A stretch of DNA of 64,000 nt from positions 50,964,001 through 51,028,000 of the forward strand of contig OX597826.1 of NCBI GenBank assembly GCA_951406725.2, in the 5' to 3' direction. Below are positions 56,431-64,000 of this stretch, one piece after another. Source of the stretch: Octopus vulgaris (taxonomy: Eukaryota). The position numbers and the translations under genes were made by a program. Position 1 is the stretch's first letter. The number at the start of each line of letters is the position of its first letter. A model generated the notes under the pieces. It was given only the letters and a program-made list of their open reading frames with translations. It did no database searches and had not been told where the DNA came from.

Positions 56431-57024
56431 TGCATTATAGGCTTGTTTGTACCTTTACACTGTCAGCAACTCTACCACTCACTACTACTACATTAATGTC
56501 TCTGAAAGATATAGGTCATATTATTTGTTGTTTATTTATCAAACAAACAAGTTTATTTTATTGATGATTATCGTAGGTGTGGCTCTGGTTTGTTGCCACC
56601 ACCACCACCACCACCACCACTGCCACCATACTGTTTTTCATGTTGTCTTACTTTCTGTCCTTCCTGGCTTCAAAAATTGCTGAACATTATTAATCTCACC
56701 AATGCTCATTCAATATTCTAGTTTGCTTGCTTGCTTGCTGCCATCTGGTACATGTTATTCCAGTTTGGAGTATTTTCAGTATTGATGGAAGTAACAACAG
56801 CTGTGGAGATAGATAGACCGAGAGAGAGACATATATAGAGAGAGAGACATAGAGAGAGAGAGAGGAATAGCATTAGAAGTTGAAATTGTGATGAGCTCAA
56901 GAGAAAGACTTCAGTTGTAGCTGCTGCTGTTGCTGTGATCCTTAACTTTCTGACCATCTGTCAGAGTGCGGATAACCGGATAACCGCGACTCAGTCTTCA
57001 CTAGCAAGTGATAGCCAAGAATTA

Positions 57025-57070
57025 ATGTCATCGCTGCTATTTGGAACACTGATTCAGATTCTTCTGTTTG
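57025..57070 (+). other. Candidate first coding exon MSSLLFGTLIQILLF(G) with phase-1 donor
   Basis: ATG at 57025, hydrophobic 15-mer, ttg|GTATGG at 57071, local CpG retention; no homology support. Confidence 0.22.
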
Positions 57071-57257
57071 GTATGGCTGTGTCATTGCGTGTGAAGCATT
57101 ATCAATCAATTGGAAACATTATTAATGAGAGAGAGAAAATAACGAATTGGTGTGATGGTGTATATGAATAATTAATGACATTGTGAACCATATTGGGAGG
57201 TCATGGTGGTGCTAGTTATACATACATATATATATATACACACATATATATATATAC

Positions 57258-57298
<41 letters not shown>

Positions 57299-58284
57299 CA
57301 TATATATATATATATGTATATGTATGTGTGTATATATATATATAACTATATATATACATACACACATGCATGTATACATGCATATATACTCACATGCATG
57401 TATACATGCATACACACACACATTTATATACATATGTATATATATGTGCACATGTACACATTTATATACATATATACACTCAGACACATTTATATACATA
57501 CTTCGTACGCACACATACACACACACACACACACACACATGTATAGTTGCTGTTGTTAGTGATGGAAGCTGTCCAAATCATATAGTGCCTATGTCTATGG
57601 TATGTGAGCATGTGTATTTATGAGGTACAGTTTCTAATTAGGTTAATGCAATGGCTGCAAGGTTAAAGTGCTTGATTTAGTGACCACAAAAGTCATAAGT
57701 GCAGACCTTCCTGCTACCTTTGGGTTTCACATGTAACTAAGATGCATAACTCTCTGCTCACTTCACTTAACTCGACAGAATGTAGAACAGATACCTTTCC
57801 TACATCATCATCATTCAACATCTGTTTTCCATGCTGGACTAGGTTGGATGGCTTGATGGGAGCTGGCCATGATTTCTATGACTGGATGCCCTTCCTAATG
57901 CCAGCCACTTTTTAGAGTGTACTGTGTGCTTTTAATGTGGCACATTAGTGGTAAAAACAAGCAAGTAATAGATAGATTTTGTTCACATTTCAGTACTGGG
58001 TATTTAGGGTTTAATTTATAAATCTGTTGATTAGATCATCATCACCATTTTATGTTCAATTTTCTGTGCTTGCATGCATCAGACGAAATTTGTTGAGGCA
58101 AGGTTTTCTACAACTGGGTGTCCTTCCTGTCACCAGCCCTTACCTGTTTCCAAGCAAGGTAATACTACCCCATGGCCAGACATGTTTTCATGGAGGAATT
58201 ACATTGGAAATGAATAACACTGCTTGTATATTGGTGATGCTCATTTACAACCATCACATAATGTTAGGGCAATAGAAAAATACA

Positions 58285-58384
<100 letters not shown>

Positions 58385-58546
58385 ATTGGTGTCTTTCAAG
58401 TTCTGTTGACTAAATCTACCCACAAGTCTTCGGTTGGCCTGAGGTTATAGTGGGAAACACTTGTTTAAGGTGCCATGCAGGAGATAGAATCTGAGACCAA
58501 AAAGACACTTCTCCAAGTTTCCATGCAGCAGGAACAAACCTCAAAT

Positions 58547-58619
<73 letters not shown>

Positions 58620-58871
58620 TACACATATGTATGACAGGATGATCATTTTATGACCTATATTGTTGACCTCTGTAATACAATTAAATTCAGGTAAAATGTA
58701 GAGTAATATGAATTGACAGCCAAGTCCACCATGTTAAATCTCTTGTGTTATCATGTTTTCCAATTCCTATTGCATGAATGTTTGAGATTGTTCTTTGATT
58801 TCATGTTTATTTCAATAGATTTGTCACTTCTCTAACTCATCACCATCTTAAATTCACTTCAATATTCAGTC

Positions 58872-58931
<60 letters not shown>

Positions 58932-59035
58932 TGCAAGCATATTTGCTGTCATTTTATAATTACAGATAATTTGAGCTGTCATAGTTGCCATAATAGATTT
59001 AATGTGATACAATTATAGAGAGTAATGCAATATAT

Positions 59036-59130
<95 letters not shown>

Positions 59131-59143
59131 CATATATATATAT

Positions 59144-59657
59144 GTAGGAGAAGAAAATGGATATAATAACAATGGGAAACTTGTGGTTTTTGCTGGTATG
59201 TCTTTAATTAAATAGATAACAAAGAAGGAAGAAGCAGATATGAGGGTAGCATTTACGAATGGAATACACACGTGTGAAAAAACTGTGCTTAATTAAACCA
59301 GGAAACCTGCACCTAAATACTACTCACCCCACCCTAATTACCCAACGAAACTAACCAATCTACCACAAGCAAACCTCTACCCAGCGAATTTACCAGCGCA
59401 AGAACAAAAATTTAATGTAAGAATTACCACTTTGTTTACATTGCCATCACATATGTATCAATTATTTTCGCATCCTAACTGATGATTCTATCTATGTTCG
59501 CATTCTGAAGAGATTTACTTAAACCAGTAAATTGAAACAATCATAAATGCTACCCTCATCTCTGCTTCTTCCTTCTTTGTTATCTATTTAATTAAAAACA
59601 TACCAGTGAAAACCATGAGTTTCCCTTTGTTATTATATCCATTTTCTTCTCCTCCTA
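59144..59657 (+). mobile_element. PLE-like fold-back remnant
   Basis: 59144-59258 is the inverted copy of 59541-59657; follows a (TA)n tract. Confidence 0.82.
59500..59550 (+). ncRNA. Type I minimal hammerhead ribozyme, one stem III mismatch
   Basis: gcatt CTGAAGA gatttact-taaacc-agtaaatt GAAA c aatc a TA aatgc. The inverted arm keeps G at the mismatched position (tcGTAaatgc). Confidence 0.78.
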
Positions 59658-60774
59658 TATAACCTAAACTCCAGTTTACCAACCAAACCATCTGCTACTG
59701 TACAACCTTACGTTGCATCTTGGGCAAGTGTCTTCTGCTATATCCCCGGGCCGACCAAAGCCTTGTGAGTGGATCTGGTAGACAGAAACTGAAAGAAGCC
59801 CGTCGTATATATGTATATATGTACGTGTGTGTATATGTTTGTGTGTCTGTGTTTGTCCCCCTAGCATTGCTTGACAACCGATGCTGGTGTGTTTACGTCC
59901 CCGTCACTTAGCAGTTCAGCCAAAGAGACCGATAGAATAAGTACTGGGCTTACAAAGAATAAGCCTCGGGGTCGATTTGCTTGACTAAAGGCGGTGCTCC
60001 AGCATGGCCGCAGTCAAAATGACTGAAACAAGTAAAAGAGTAAAAGAGTATATATATGATAAAGATAGATAGATAGATATAATTAAAGTTAAGGGTGCTG
60101 AGAAACAGCACCTAAATGTTAGAAATAGACGTCAAATGACTCTAAAACCACATAATTTTTTCACTCCATTAGCACAGGTTGAAAGCAAGGTAAAAGAATA
60201 AAAAAGATTTGGCAAAATCATCATAATTTTAATGACCACTTTTCTATGCATGCAAGGGTCAAACAGAATTGTATAATGCATACCATGCACATTAATGCAC
60301 ACTTCTAAACATAAGTTATTACACACTGAAATTTTTATTACATAAGGGTGGCTGCAAAACAGCTGTAATCTTAAGGAGTCAAGTGGTCGAATAAATATAT
60401 TTACCTCTCAAAGCTCTTGACTTTTTATGGTTTATACATACATACTCGTATATAAATATGTATATATATATATATATGTACACACACACACACACACACA
60501 CACACACGTACATATATAGTTTAGATATTTTATATGGCTTTTAAACTTGTTGTTTCACTGTTTTAGCTGACACTGTTTTTCTGTTCCTCCAAAAACCTTA
60601 TGTGAATTCTGAATGTTTTTCTTCTTTTGACCAACTTATTGACATTAGAATCTGTCTTGGAGAGATTTGTGTCAAGGACAGTTTGTTCTAGTTGTTTAGA
60701 ACAAACAAGTGAAATGGTTGGGAATATTTAAAGAAATCTAAGTCTCGACTTGTTTTGCTTCAGGTTTATTATAA

Positions 60775-62061
<1,287 letters not shown>

Positions 62062-62960
62062 TTGCCGAGGAAAAGTGCTGGCTTCACTTGATAATATTTC
62101 CTTTAGAGATTTCATTATTTGAAAGTCTTCATTTAAATTTTTTTTATATTTTGATAAATTAGCTGGTATTTTTTATGAAAACTTTGTTGGTTATTTTTCA
62201 GCATGTACAAATCTGTCTCCCTCTGTCCCTCTTTCTCTCTCTCTCTCTTTCTTGCTTTCCTTGATTTCTCTCTTTGATTTTTCTCTCTTTCTCTCTTTGT
62301 TATGCATGCATATACATATGCACATGCAGATGCAAACACAAACACAGCCATGCTATTTTGACGATAAACTTGAAGGGACAAGTCTTATAAATATAAGCTG
62401 CAGGTTTTGGTGTTTGAAAGGTGTCAGATCACAATTTTAAATTGTTTTTGTGGGGAACGCGGGGAGGAGGTAAAGTTGATATTATATTGCTGAAAGAAAT
62501 CAGTTTCATTTTGAAAGTAAATGTGACCTTAGGCATCACGTTACTTTGAGATGACCCTGTCAACTTGGAGGATATGCAACCATAAATCATGTGAAAGAAA
62601 CTGAGGCCTACAGATTCTCTCTCTCCCTTTCTCTCTCTCTTTCTCTCTCTCCCTCTTTCATGCACACACAGTTGGATTCACATTCAACGACTCACACATT
62701 AACTCTCATATGTATACACACAATCAAACTCATATACTTATATACACTATGTTCTACACAAGAAAACAATTAAAACTGAGTCTAATTACATAAGAAGATA
62801 TTGTGGTTTTAAATCAGAGACTCTTAATAAATTTTAATAATGTGTTTCCATAAACAAAAAAATGCTTATCTCTTAAGTTTGTCTCAATGGATTTTGATGC
62901 CCTCAATTCTGATGAAGGTTGTTTTGTTGTCATAGCTGATATATGACAGCCTGTTCTATG

Positions 62961-63500
62961 TTAACCCCTTCGCTCCTAATAGGACACATATATCCCAAGA
63001 AAAGTTTTTTAATAAGGAGTAAGATGGGAAAAAGAAAGAGGTCATTTGTTCAGAAGCGATTAACTTTTATAACAAATATATGGGTAGAGTAGATTGCTCT
63101 GATCAAATGGTAACACTGTATGAACCGGATTGAAAAAGTAGAAAATGGTGGACTAAAGTGTTCTTCAGGCTTCTAATGACAGCTATATATAACAGCTATG
63201 TTATTCACTCTGAAATTCACCATATGAAACCACCATTTATAATTTTCTTAGTAAATGTAGCTGAATATTTGATCGAAGCAGGAAGGCCAAATTTTCCTCA
63301 TAAGAGGTTCTTTTGTATGGCCTACTAAAACTTCAAAGTTGATTTTGAACACAGGTGGTCATATTCCAGTAAAACAAAAGAGTTGCAGAAAATGTACTAG
63401 GTGTACTTCGAGGAACAAAGAAAGGAGGACCCAATACATTTGCCGGAAATGCAACATTCCTTCATGCATCAATGAATGTTTTACTGTATATCACACATAG
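62961..63500 (+). mobile_element. piggyBac remnant: left end fused to the 3' part of the transposase
   Basis: TTAA+CCC at 62961; FYNKYMGRVDCSDQM..KSRKWWTKVFFRLL..NSYVI and Cys-rich tail RKCTRC..RTQYICRKCNIPSC..CFTVYHT*; in-frame stops. Confidence 0.9.
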
Positions 63501-63699
63501 TATGTATTTATAAATCATGGTTGTTCTCATAAATATTATTTGAGGAAAAAAATATATTTGTTAGTATGATATAAGAGAAAAAACTATGTAAAGAAAGAAG
63601 TTTATTTATTATTTCATAAGTATTATTTGGAAGGGGGTCATTGTATATATTATTTTATATGTGTTATTCGAAAAAATAATTGTAATTTATAATAGGTAT

Positions 63700-63841
63700 T
63701 CTGTTGTATCTGGGGAGAGTCATTCTCTTTTGGTGCCTTATAATTTAACACACTCACCGGTAAAATTTCCACGACTCTCCCCAGACACAACAGAATATGC
63801 TTCAACGCATAGAATCTTGCAAACCAAATCCAAAAACGAAA
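63700..63841. mobile_element. PLE-like mini fold-back insertion with 12-bp TSD
   Basis: tataataggtat at 63688-63699 and 63842-63853; arms ctgttgtatctggggagagtc / gactctccccagacacaacag. Confidence 0.82.
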
Positions 63842-64000
63842 TATAATAGGTATATTATATGAGAAATCAATTATAGCTTCATTTTGAATTTGAAATAAAC
63901 TGTAAGATTTATTCCATTTTTATTGACATAATTTTCCGAACTTGCCAATGAAATACTGTTGGGATAGGAGAGTCTCAAGTATTTGTTCATTAGAATACTA

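Overview
Eukaryotic, AT-rich DNA saturated with microsatellites and transposons. The SINE families and (TA)n/(CA)n/(ATC)n density suggest an Octopus genome (inference). I can support no intact host protein-coding gene; nearly all listed ORFs are microsatellite or repeat artefacts. DNA transposons: three mariners (two families), a piggyBac remnant, a pogo/Tc2-like end, hAT MITEs and non-autonomous Helitrons. Retroelements: Tx1/L1, RTE and CR1-like LINE fragments and many tRNA-type SINE copies. Main observations: (1) several unrelated Penelope-like fold-back remnants carry hammerhead ribozyme cores, one with a U3-A8 compensatory core. (2) A 464-bp divergent 28S rRNA 3' end, including the sarcin-ricin loop, is flanked by a 6-bp repeat and has no poly(A). 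(3) One SINE is flanked by a ~170-bp direct duplication. (4) A ~330-bp inverted repeat encloses ~1 kb of unexplained DNA. (5) CpG content appears to drop near 17 kb, which may mark a host promoter and a methylated gene body. All alignments and folds were done by eye.
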